A stretch of DNA of 23,480 bases from NCBI GenBank assembly GCA_030587475.2, contig JAUQYZ020000155.1:1-23480 (forward strand), written 5' to 3'. Below, piece by piece: positions 1 to 8,713 of the stretch. The position numbers and the translations under genes were made by a program. Below the pieces are notes generated by a model. That model ran no database searches. It was not told the DNA's origin and saw nothing but the letters and a program-made list of their open reading frames with translations. Each line of letters opens with the position of its first letter. Position 1 is the stretch's first letter. Source of the stretch: Candidatus Sigynarchaeum calidifontis. GTDB lineage: Archaea; Asgardarchaeota; Lokiarchaeia; Sigyniarchaeales; Sigyniarchaeaceae.

Positions 1-2
1 GT

Positions 3-353
3 GAGGGCCAAGAAAGTGCTGCTGTGAGGCTCGTGTGCGAAAATCCCTTGTGTAACTTTATACTTGACGTGCCGCAATCGTTCGCGGGTAAGATGGAGCG
101 AACGGGGAAGAAATGCTTGATATGTCCGATGAATGCCGTCCTTGTGATGGTCAAGGAAGGTACTTCCTTCCATGTATGCATCAACTGTTACAACCAGCAC
201 TTGAAACGCAAGGAGGAGCAAATCGGTTTTTGCTTGGGATGCATATATCACGATGCATGCTTTACGAACGAGCTCAAACGGATAGAGATCAAGGAAAGCA
301 TAAAGGATTTGGTTCGTAAAAGGATGAACGAAGCGTCTATGAACAAGCAATGA
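3..353 (+). CDS. C-terminal Cys-rich (Zn-binding) region of a probable type IA DNA topoisomerase (TOP3B-like tail); 5'-truncated by the window edge
   Basis: The frame is open from position 3 (EGQESAAVRLVCENPLC...). Cys clusters CENPLC, CLIC, CINCYN and CLGC..HDAC have the spacing of topoisomerase IA/III C-terminal zinc ribbons. The catalytic core is not in the window. Confidence 0.55.
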   Translation, partial: EGQESAAVRLVCENPLCNFILDVPQSFAGKMERTGKKCLICPMNAVLVMVKEGTSFHVCINCYNQHLKRKEEQIGFCLGCIYHDACFTNELKRIEIKESIKDLVRKRMNEASMNKQ

Positions 354-563
354 GATTAGAAGAAGAATTTTTGGTTTCAGCGGATGAGCGTACAAAAATC
401 ATGCTTTTTTGTTTTGTTCTTTTCATTGCTTTACCAAGAACTTTCGATCCGCTAAGGAATGGTGGCCCACACAACTCAACAGTAACTAATATGAAATGTG
501 GTGGAGATACTCGCATAATCCCTTTATTAGGAATAAATCCATAGTGAATAACGGCGATAGAGC

Positions 564-2018
564 ATGAAGTGGACTCGTAGAAATGTATTGGAGTCAATAG
601 GTGGAACGCTTCTGATTACACTTGCGGTCGCATCCTTTACTGAGCACCCGCCAACGTGGTTGGGGATAACGGTCGGTATATGTTGTATCGGAGTAATCGT
701 ACTTATAACTCTCTTGAGGATTATCCGGCCGGATAAGCCGAAATCACCTAAGGATATCAATCTTGATGACATCAAAGAAAAAGAAATTGGAGATACTGAA
801 GTTGATGATGATAAGGAAGTGTATCCCCCAATAGATGATGATCTGTTCGAAACAAACAAGTTGAGTCCAGAGGATCTGGTAGATAGTAAGATTCGGAACG
901 AGGTATCCTTCGACATCGAGGTTTCGGCCGAGTCGAATAAGAAGATTGCTTACGAGTTCCTCGCGAATATGTACAAGAAGCATTTCTGGGCTTTATTCAT
1001 TGGAAGCATCGTTGCATTCATCGTGCTGTTAATATTGATCAGTTTCCTTGGAACGATACAACTGTTCGGAGGATTGGTTATAGACATTCGATTAGTCATG
1101 GGCGCCGGCCTCCTTGCGATACCCATTTCCGTGCTGGTCTTGATGCCTTTGCTGGAGCGAAATGTCTATGCAAGAGACCCTTGGACGCTCGAACGCCTAG
1201 GAATCCAGCCGCTTACAAGCTCATACTCGAAGAACGCGTATCTTGCGGGATTGTTGCCCTTGGTTTTGTTACTGATCAAATTTATCGACTCGACATGGGG
1301 CTTAAACCCAATGTTTATTAACCCGCTCTACGTTTTCGTTGTCGTTGGCGGGATACCCATCGTGATTTTTGAGGAGGTCATCTTTCGTGGCGTTTATTGG
1401 AAATATATTATGATCCGGTACGCGAAGACGAATTCTGTAAAAAATGTATACATCATCAACGCGCTGCTCTTTACAGCCATCCATATGCCCCGATTATTCA
1501 TAGCCTATTCAGGATCCGTGCTAGGTAATACTTTGATGAGCCAGTTACCGTTCTTTTTGCAACAAATTGCAATCTATTTCGTGGCCGGCCTCCTCCTTAG
1601 CATTCTCAGGGATGCTTTCAATAGTTTGCTCGCACCCGTTTCCTATCACTTGGTTTTTAATACCATATTGTTCACGCTTGTCATGGATGGTTGGTGGATA
1701 TTGCTCTTTATAGCAATAACCCTCTTGGTGGTGATCCTTGCTTTGAAAATGGAATGGCTCAAGCTTGCTAGGGCTCCCACTAATCTTACTATGCCATCCG
1801 AGTACAACAAAAACGTGTTGGAAACCCGGCTACACGCGATCCTCCGCTTGGCGTTCCTTCTCGGGAATGGGCTCGTACTCTTCTATTACGGGTCGGAAAT
1901 GTCTTGGGGCAACCCATTACTGTTCTTGATCTCTTCGATCATCATCATCGCATCCTTTGCACTCGTGGGGTACTTGTACGTGAAACGCATCTGGTTCTTC
2001 AAATTACCATCGCGGTAA
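564..2018 (+). CDS. CPBP (CAAX protease/Abi/Rce1-like) family intramembrane metalloprotease with N-terminal membrane and acidic extension
   Basis: 484 aa with many TM segments; motifs EEVIFRG, FTAIH and HLVFN match the CPBP EExxxR / FxxxH / HxxxN signature. Confidence 0.85.
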   Translation: MKWTRRNVLESIGGTLLITLAVASFTEHPPTWLGITVGICCIGVIVLITLLRIIRPDKPKSPKDINLDDIKEKEIGDTEVDDDKEVYPPIDDDLFETNKLSPEDLVDSKIRNEVSFDIEVSAESNKKIAYEFLANMYKKHFWALFIGSIVAFIVLLILISFLGTIQLFGGLVIDIRLVMGAGLLAIPISVLVLMPLLERNVYARDPWTLERLGIQPLTSSYSKNAYLAGLLPLVLLLIKFIDSTWGLNPMFINPLYVFVVVGGIPIVIFEEVIFRGVYWKYIMIRYAKTNSVKNVYIINALLFTAIHMPRLFIAYSGSVLGNTLMSQLPFFLQQIAIYFVAGLLLSILRDAFNSLLAPVSYHLVFNTILFTLVMDGWWILLFIAITLLVVILALKMEWLKLARAPTNLTMPSEYNKNVLETRLHAILRLAFLLGNGLVLFYYGSEMSWGNPLLFLISSIIIIASFALVGYLYVKRIWFFKLPSR

Positions 2019-2049
2019 TTCTAGATGCCAGGCCTTCGTATTCGGAAAA

Positions 2050-2072
2050 TTCTTTTTACCGCGTTTTTTCAT
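2050..2072 (+). terminator. T-rich archaeal-type terminator after the CPBP gene
   Basis: ttctttttaccgcgttttttcat about 30 nt after the stop codon. Confidence 0.35.
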
Positions 2073-2134
2073 TTCCATCACGACCCAGCGTACAAGACTG
2101 AAATCCACGCTCCGCGATAGAGAACGCTATTGCC

Positions 2135-4879
2135 ATGACACCGCAAGATCCCTTTTTCATAGTTCTGGATCCGACCGGAACGAAGGATGGCACCATCGAT
2201 TGCAATCTCATCGTTTATCCGTTCTTGACTTCTGGCGAGAAGGATAACGTGCTCATTCAAAAGCCATTACACTTATACATTTGTCAATTCTCCGATCAAG
2301 GTAATGCCGAAAGCGACGGCAAGGAAGGCACGCTCTCGGTCGAGAAACTAAGGCCGTTCCGCATCTGGGAGCCACCGCGTGGCAACGAGCGGGACGTGAA
2401 GACCTATTACGATCAAAAACTACTAAAGCGCCTTCTTAAAGAAGCTAGCTTCACGATAATCCCGGCCGACGTGCCTGACAAGCGCCTTGCCGGTTTAGTT
2501 ACCATGTACAAGGATCTCCAACTGAAAGAGATACGCAGGGCCACGTTCTGCTCGTTATGCCGGTCGCGCGCATCGAGATACATCGCCTTGAAAGATGCGG
2601 AAGCTATCCCGCTTGTCAAGGAGGCAAACCAGTACGTGTGCGAGTCTTGTGGATGGAACGTGCTCATTAGCAGGCTCGAAATGAAGGGCGTGAAGATTAC
2701 GGCCGGCTTGCAAGAGATCCTATCAGTTAAATTCAAGAAGATCCGTAATATCGAGAAAATCGAGCGCACGTTCGACCCGAAATGGAATCCCATCGAGGAT
2801 GTCGACTATTCGTTGTATGATGTATGCGATCTCGTGCAAGAACCGCATGTTCCCGTCAACGTCAAGGATATCAAGATCGACCCGGGACTCAAGAATGCCC
2901 TCCTGGCGCAAGGCATCGAAACGTTGCTCCCCGTGCAAGTGAAGGCGATAAAAGAAGGGCTCTTAGACGGCAAGAACATGCTCGTCGCGTCATCGACCAG
3001 CAGCGGCAAGACCTTGATAGGCGAGCTCGCTGGCATCAACAACATCTTGGCAAAAAAGAAAGGCATGTTCGTTTTCGTCGTGCCCCTCGTCGCGCTAGCG
3101 AATCAAAAGTACCAGGACTTCAAGAAACGGTACGGGGACCTGGGGCTAAAGGTGTCACTCCGCGTAGGGAAAAGCCGTATAGACAAGTCTGTCGAGGCCA
3201 ACACAAAGAGCGCGTCGTTAAAGGATGCTGATATCCTGGTAGGCACGTACGAGGGGGTCGATTACTTGCTCCGCGCGGGGAAATCCTCCGCGTTGCCGAG
3301 GGTTTCGACTATCGTGATCGACGAGATCCAGATGTTCAAGGACGAGGAGCGCGGTGTCAGGCTGGATGGCTTCATTTCCCGCATGAAGTTCTTGTTTCCC
3401 GACGCGCAAGTGATTTACTTGAGCGCGACCATCGCTGCCCCCCGGAAACTCGCGCGGAGCCTCGGAGCCACGATCGTCGAGTACAACGAGCGCCCCGTCC
3501 CGATCGAGCGCCACCTTATTCCTTGCTTGAACGATGCAGAAAAACTCAAGATTATAGGTTGGCTTGTAAAGAAAGAATTCCGTAAGGTCAGTTCATTCGG
3601 TTTCAAAGGACAATCGATCATTTTCACAAATTCTCGTCGCACCGTTCATGATATCGTCGATATATTGCGAATAGACGGGATCCAAGCCGATGCATATCAT
3701 TCTGGGTTAACATACGGCGAGCGGGTGCGTGTTGAACGTCGATTCGAGAAACAACAAGTCGCGGCTATCGTTACGACCGCTGCACTCGGTGCCGGGGTTG
3801 ACCTGCCCGCGAGTCAAGTGATCTTCCACTCGCTCGCCATGGGTATAGAATGGCTCACGGTCGCGGAATTCAACCAGATGCTTGGCCGGGCCGGGCGTTT
3901 CCAAAAACATGACATGGGGAAGGTTTACTTGCTCGTCGAGCCAGGAAAGTCCTACCATGCGAGCCAGCAAGGCGAGGAGGACAAGGTTGCATTGAAATTG
4001 CTCAACGGCACGCTGCAAGAGTCCGTACCTGACTTCGACATCGACAAGATCGCCGCCGAAGTGCTCGCGTTCATTGCAATGCGCGGGACAACGACGATCG
4101 ACGAGATCAATAAGTATCACGATGCGCTGTTGACCAAGGCGATCTCTGTTGTAAAGATATTGAACCATCTTCACCAAGCAGAGCTCATCTCCGTCAAGAA
4201 TCAAGGCACGAGCATCACGATCCTACCGGTAGGTCGTGCTATCACCGAAAGCTTCTTGAGTATCGAGGATGGTCTCAAGCTGAAGCAAGCCGTGCTCGAT
4301 TACGAAGAATCTGTCATTGACATTGCGTCGAGTCTGAATCCGCTCAAGAATGTTTACGTGACCGATGCTATCGTATCTGAAATGTCGCGGTATAAGACGG
4401 GCCACGCGGCAATCTCGTCGAAGTTCTTCGGCGGGCAGATCCTCGATTTTATGACCCTTGAACAAGGTCAATTTTCGGGAACGGCGTTGAAGCGCAAGAA
4501 AATGAGCCGGTTCGCCATCGAGATCTTGTCACGGTGGGCAATGGATATATTCACGTGCGAGTGCGATGACAAGCCATACTGCGACCACGGGGTCAAGAAC
4601 CTCGCGCGAATCATGGTTAAACTCCGCCGCCAGAAGCGCCTGGAACCGCGTCAAATTTCCCAGCATCTCCGGGAGACTTACCAAATACAAGTCTACACGG
4701 GCGACGTTTACGAGTTTCTTGATTCTATCTTGCATGCTTTGGACGCCATCCAACGATTCGCCCGGATATTTGAGAATGCGCAGATGCTCGGCGCCGTGTC
4801 ACGCTATCGGGCTTCCATCGAGGATCCAGCCGCCGTCAAGGACGATGCAAGCTCGTGTAAGCCGGATGACGAGGATTGA
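2135..4879 (+). CDS. Archaea-specific superfamily II DEAD/DEAH helicase (ASH-Ski2 / COG1202-like, DUF5814-type C-terminal domain)
   Basis: 914 aa; Q motif LLPVQ, Walker A SSTSSGKT, VPLVALANQK, DEIQ, LSAT, motif VI QMLGRAGR; N-terminal CxxC..CxxC and C-terminal CECDDKPYCDHG. Confidence 0.9.
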   Translation: MTPQDPFFIVLDPTGTKDGTIDCNLIVYPFLTSGEKDNVLIQKPLHLYICQFSDQGNAESDGKEGTLSVEKLRPFRIWEPPRGNERDVKTYYDQKLLKRLLKEASFTIIPADVPDKRLAGLVTMYKDLQLKEIRRATFCSLCRSRASRYIALKDAEAIPLVKEANQYVCESCGWNVLISRLEMKGVKITAGLQEILSVKFKKIRNIEKIERTFDPKWNPIEDVDYSLYDVCDLVQEPHVPVNVKDIKIDPGLKNALLAQGIETLLPVQVKAIKEGLLDGKNMLVASSTSSGKTLIGELAGINNILAKKKGMFVFVVPLVALANQKYQDFKKRYGDLGLKVSLRVGKSRIDKSVEANTKSASLKDADILVGTYEGVDYLLRAGKSSALPRVSTIVIDEIQMFKDEERGVRLDGFISRMKFLFPDAQVIYLSATIAAPRKLARSLGATIVEYNERPVPIERHLIPCLNDAEKLKIIGWLVKKEFRKVSSFGFKGQSIIFTNSRRTVHDIVDILRIDGIQADAYHSGLTYGERVRVERRFEKQQVAAIVTTAALGAGVDLPASQVIFHSLAMGIEWLTVAEFNQMLGRAGRFQKHDMGKVYLLVEPGKSYHASQQGEEDKVALKLLNGTLQESVPDFDIDKIAAEVLAFIAMRGTTTIDEINKYHDALLTKAISVVKILNHLHQAELISVKNQGTSITILPVGRAITESFLSIEDGLKLKQAVLDYEESVIDIASSLNPLKNVYVTDAIVSEMSRYKTGHAAISSKFFGGQILDFMTLEQGQFSGTALKRKKMSRFAIEILSRWAMDIFTCECDDKPYCDHGVKNLARIMVKLRRQKRLEPRQISQHLRETYQIQVYTGDVYEFLDSILHALDAIQRFARIFENAQMLGAVSRYRASIEDPAAVKDDASSCKPDDED

Positions 4880-4944
4880 GCTATCCGTCGTGGTCAACTT
4901 ATTACTATTGCCGCTCCTTAACCCCTTATATTGCGCGGTGATGG

Positions 4945-6060
4945 ATGAATATGCAGATTCTCGTCACAGGCGGGCTTGGCTTCATCGGGGGACACCTGGT
5001 CGACAAGCTCGTTGAGAAAGGCCACGCGGTCCGCGTGCTAGATAGCATGGAATTTCAAGTACACCAGGGGAAATTTCCATCCTATGCGAACGCCAAAGCA
5101 GAGTATATCGTCGGAAATATATTAGATCGCGCCACGGTAAAAAGGGTACTCGATGGGGTAGACATCGTGTTTCACGAAGCGGCCGCAGTGGGCGTGGGTC
5201 AATCCATGTACGAGGTGCATCGCTATGTCGAAGCCAACGCTGCTGGCACTGCAATGATCCTCGACGAGATCGTGAACGGCAATCACCCGATCAAGAAATT
5301 CATCGTCGCGGCGAGCAACACGATCTACGGAGAGGGGCTCTATGAGTGCCCGAATTGCGGAAAGATAGAGGCTCCACTGCGGGACGCGGAGCAGATGAAG
5401 CGAAAGGAATGGGATGTGAAATGCCCGAAATGCAAGGCGATCTTGAAGCCGGTTCCAACGCCAGAGACGAAATCACTCGATTCGACCAACGTCTACGCGT
5501 TGACGAAGAAATTCCAAGAAGAGCTCTGCATGAGCATTGGAAAGACATATGGCATCCCCGTGGTGAGCTTGCGATATTTCAACGTTTATGGTCCGCGCCA
5601 GAGCTTGTCGAACCCGTACACGGGCGTCGCTTGTATTTTCATCAGTCGCCTCAAGAACGGCAACCCGCCTTTTGTATATGAGGATGGACTGCAGACACGG
5701 GACTTCGTCCACGTTAGCGATGTAGCCGGTGCCAATATATTCGTGATGGAACATTCAAACGCCGATTATCAATGCATCAACATTGGCACAGGTAATCCGG
5801 TCACGATAAAAGGCCTCGCCGAGCAGATCGCGGCAAAGATCGGCTCCAAGCTGATGCCGACCGTGTCAAACGACGGACGGCCAGGTGACATACGGCATTG
5901 TTTCGCCGACATCGCGAAGCTAAAGGGGCTCGGTTACAAGCACGAGTTTCCAACCCTTGATCTTAACACGCTCGTCGAATGGAGCAAGAACACGGTCGCC
6001 ATCGACAAATTTACCGAGGCAAAGAAGGAATTCGACCATAAACTTGGCATGAAAAGGTAA
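4945..6060 (+). CDS. NAD-dependent nucleotide-sugar epimerase/dehydratase (extended SDR) with a zinc-ribbon insert
   Basis: TGGLGFIG, FHEAA, YALTK (YxxxK), LRYFNVYGP, RDFVHV, RPGDI; inserted CPNC...CPKC. GGTGA SD-like motif upstream. Confidence 0.9.
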   Translation: MNMQILVTGGLGFIGGHLVDKLVEKGHAVRVLDSMEFQVHQGKFPSYANAKAEYIVGNILDRATVKRVLDGVDIVFHEAAAVGVGQSMYEVHRYVEANAAGTAMILDEIVNGNHPIKKFIVAASNTIYGEGLYECPNCGKIEAPLRDAEQMKRKEWDVKCPKCKAILKPVPTPETKSLDSTNVYALTKKFQEELCMSIGKTYGIPVVSLRYFNVYGPRQSLSNPYTGVACIFISRLKNGNPPFVYEDGLQTRDFVHVSDVAGANIFVMEHSNADYQCINIGTGNPVTIKGLAEQIAAKIGSKLMPTVSNDGRPGDIRHCFADIAKLKGLGYKHEFPTLDLNTLVEWSKNTVAIDKFTEAKKEFDHKLGMKR

Positions 6061-6076
6061 TTGGGGGGCGACTGGC

Positions 6077-7375
6077 ATGGCGACGGAAACACAAGACATT
6101 TGCATCGTCGGTGCCGGGCCCGCGGGATCCATCGCGGCCGAGCGACTAGCCCGCGCAGGTGCGCGTGTTTTGCTCCTCGATGGCCAGCAATTCCCGCGTT
6201 ATAAATGCTGCGCGGCGGGGGTTCTCTGGCATGACATCGAGGATTTTCCCGAGATCAAGCCCGTTATCGAGACCTATAACCATGCTATGACGTTTCATTC
6301 CCCGTCTTTTAAACACGAGTTTACCATCCGATCGGACGAGCACTATCTCCTCGGCCAGACCTACCGTACTTTATTGGACAGTCATCTCGCCCAGCTCGCC
6401 AAGAAGGCGGGAGCCGATTTTCGCCAAGGAAATCTCGTTACTGGCGTGAAATTGCTTGATGATCGGCGAGGGATCGTGCTGTCCGTGAAGGATAAGGCAA
6501 CTGGAAACACCTACAGCGTGAGATCAAAGCTCGTGATAGGGGCAGATGGCGTGAAGTCGATCGTCCGGAAATGCCACCCGGACTTCGTACCATGGAACAA
6601 GGCGGACTTGCTCATTGCATCCGAGCTCGATGTCCCGATGGGCGAGCAAAGGATCATCGATATATTCGGGAAAGACAGGACCACGCACATCTTCATGTAT
6701 TTCGACAACCTTCCCGGTTACTCGTGGATCTTCACGAAAAAAACGTCTGTCTCCGTCGGCATGGGCACAATGCTCGAGTTCCAAGGCAAGACCTATGGGG
6801 GAAAGGCGTTGGCCGACAAGTTCAAGGCATTCGTGGGTTTTCTCCAGCAGAAGGGACTGCTACCGCTTAATGCAGCAGATACGTCAAGGACAAACTACGC
6901 CCTCATCCCGTCCGTCTCGCTGAAGGCATCGATCACTCACGGCAGGAATGCCTTGCTCGCGGGCGACGCGGCGGGGGCCTTCGTTTCGGCGCTTAGCGGC
7001 GAGGGCATCTACTACGGCATGTTGAGCGGACAGTTTGCAGCCCAAGTTGCCTCGAAGGCACTCGCCGCGGATGATTTCTCGTCACGGATGCTCGCTGAAT
7101 ATCCCCGATTGTGGCGTGCACGTCTCGAGCGGGAGCTCAACTACCAATACTTCGCGAAGCGGTACATGCTTGAAGTGAAGCGCCGCTGCGAAAAGGCAGT
7201 GCGTTGGGGGGAGAACGACGAAACCATACGGAACATGATGAAAGTATTCTTCACCGGCATCTGGAAAATCGACCGAAACTTTATGCTGCGGTTGTATGGC
7301 CATTACGTGCGGCTAAAAGTAAAGGACCTGTTTGGAATGCTCGGGGAAAAGGAGAATAAAAAGGATTATTCATGA
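6077..7375 (+). CDS. Geranylgeranyl reductase family FAD-dependent oxidoreductase
   Basis: VGAGPAG, FPRYKC, IGADG, GYSWIF, AGDAAG and GEGI motifs; 16 nt after the epimerase stop, so probably co-transcribed. Confidence 0.88.
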   Translation: MATETQDICIVGAGPAGSIAAERLARAGARVLLLDGQQFPRYKCCAAGVLWHDIEDFPEIKPVIETYNHAMTFHSPSFKHEFTIRSDEHYLLGQTYRTLLDSHLAQLAKKAGADFRQGNLVTGVKLLDDRRGIVLSVKDKATGNTYSVRSKLVIGADGVKSIVRKCHPDFVPWNKADLLIASELDVPMGEQRIIDIFGKDRTTHIFMYFDNLPGYSWIFTKKTSVSVGMGTMLEFQGKTYGGKALADKFKAFVGFLQQKGLLPLNAADTSRTNYALIPSVSLKASITHGRNALLAGDAAGAFVSALSGEGIYYGMLSGQFAAQVASKALAADDFSSRMLAEYPRLWRARLERELNYQYFAKRYMLEVKRRCEKAVRWGENDETIRNMMKVFFTGIWKIDRNFMLRLYGHYVRLKVKDLFGMLGEKENKKDYS

Positions 7376-7410
7376 TCTGGCTCGTTCTAAGAACTTTATG
7401 CGGATATTAC

Positions 7411-7434
7411 TTTGCGGCTGATTTCACCCGCAAA
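7411..7434 (+). terminator. Hairpin after the GGR gene (possible terminator or operator)
   Basis: tttgcgg (7411-7417) pairs with ccgcaaa (7428-7434). Confidence 0.3.
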
Positions 7435-7440
7435 TCGAGA

Positions 7441-7450
7441 CATTTAAATG
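7441..7450 (+). promoter_or_regulatory. Putative TATA box for the BAR gene
   Basis: catttaaatg (TTTAAA core) about 110 nt upstream of ATG 7556; GGAGG SD-like motif at 7540-7544. Confidence 0.35.
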
Positions 7451-7555
7451 CACGGTAGGGGAGATAAACGTGCTATCCAGGTAACCAATTTGACCACCGT
7501 GGTGGCTCGATTGAACCATCGCACGTGACCCTGGAAACCGGAGGCTAATTGAATC

Positions 7556-8230
7556 ATGCCAGGATTCTTTGATAAACTCAAGGGTGGCTTTTCTGACTTC
7601 GTTGCCAAGCTTGCAAATCAAGATGCCGCTTTGAAGAAGGCTATCGACGAGAACAAGGATTTTCTCGATGCGTCGTTAAAACTGGTCAAGGAATCAACCG
7701 AAGCTATCGACGCGCTGAAGGAGTTTGCTGCAAACGAGACCCCCGCGATAAAGCAAGCGTATATTGCCGTTTCGGAGGTGCTCGGCAGCATTGAAAAGAG
7801 CAGGACGGAGCTCGTGACGAAGCTGCAAGCACAATTCCTCGGGCCCTTGAACAAGCTTGCTGACGAGTACAAGAAAGTCGCCAACGCCACCAAGGAGCAC
7901 GAGTCTTCTACGAAGAACCTCAAGAATGCCCAACAAGACCTCGAGAAGTCGAAAAAGAAGCCATCGGAGAAGCTCAAACCGGGGGAGATCGAACAGGCCG
8001 AGATTAAGGTCAAGGCAGCACAAGAAAAAGCAGCCAAGGATCAGGAAATCTTGGCCAGCGTGACCGCGGACTTTGCGAAAATGAAAGTCGCCACGTTGAA
8101 AGAGGTAATCCAAACCCTCGTGATCCTGGAAGGCGAGTTTTACCAGATCGCATCTTCCACGCTCAGCGGTACCAAGGATATCATCGCCGCTATCAATGTC
8201 CAGAAGGAATTGGAAGCGGCGGCAAAATGA
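7556..8230 (+). CDS. BAR-domain superfamily protein (N-BAR-like; resembles FAM92/CIBAR)
   Basis: 224 aa, all-helical coiled coil; N-terminal amphipathic helix (FFDKLKGGFSDFVAKL), helix-2 kink FLGPL, basic tip loop KSKKKPSEKLK; GGAGG upstream. Confidence 0.75.
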   Translation: MPGFFDKLKGGFSDFVAKLANQDAALKKAIDENKDFLDASLKLVKESTEAIDALKEFAANETPAIKQAYIAVSEVLGSIEKSRTELVTKLQAQFLGPLNKLADEYKKVANATKEHESSTKNLKNAQQDLEKSKKKPSEKLKPGEIEQAEIKVKAAQEKAAKDQEILASVTADFAKMKVATLKEVIQTLVILEGEFYQIASSTLSGTKDIIAAINVQKELEAAAK

Positions 8231-8243
8231 GCTAATGTATCAC

Positions 8244-8253
8244 TTGTTTTTTT
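8244..8253 (+). terminator. Oligo-T terminator after the BAR gene
   Basis: ttgttttttt about 14 nt after the stop codon. Confidence 0.4.
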
Positions 8254-8470
8254 CATTCCTTGATTTTAAGTTCCATTTGTGCCATGCACGGGAATCATCA
8301 CCTTTAGAAAGGCGAAAGGACTATTTAACATCAAGGTTGCTTTGGCTTTCGAACTCAAGGGAAGATTCACGTGCCATTAGCTCTTTACCGAATGCAGAAA
8401 AAATAGCAAGGAAAGGTATCCGGTCGAAAACGGTTGACCAAAAACTCCGTACACAAAAATAGTGAATGAA

Positions 8471-8635
8471 ATGACTCTCATACGCGGAAAAACTTGCCCA
8501 AAGTGCAAAAAAGGCGATCGCATTATCGAAATCCAAGACAAATCAAAGGTTTTATATTATAATATGCAAGGCGCACCTCAATATGCCCGGATGTTCAAAT
8601 GTGGGAATTGTGGTGAGCTTTTTAAGCCAGAATAA
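8471..8635 (+). CDS. Small zinc-ribbon protein, 54 aa (not in the ORF track)
   Basis: Manual translation: MTLIRGKTCPKCKKGDRIIEIQDKSKVLYYNMQGAPQYARMFKCGNCGELFKPE*; paired CPKC/CGNC knuckles; followed by a T-rich tract. Confidence 0.8.
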   Translation: MTLIRGKTCPKCKKGDRIIEIQDKSKVLYYNMQGAPQYARMFKCGNCGELFKPE

Positions 8636-8638
8636 AAG

Positions 8639-8658
8639 GTTCTTTTCCTTTTTTCCTT
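8639..8658 (+). terminator. Pyrimidine/T-rich terminator after the zinc-ribbon gene
   Basis: gtttcttttccttttttcct directly after TAA 8635, in a convergent gap with hsp20. Confidence 0.45.
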
Positions 8659-8713
8659 GTTAGTTCAAGACTGCTATTATTCTGTAAAACCACGGAGAAT
8701 AAGAGATATCCGG

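Noticed and set aside
350-544. 64-aa ORF overlapping the topoisomerase-like stop (ATGA)
   Set aside because: AT-rich, crosses T-tracts that look like a terminator, no recognisable motif; cannot be supported, though not excluded.
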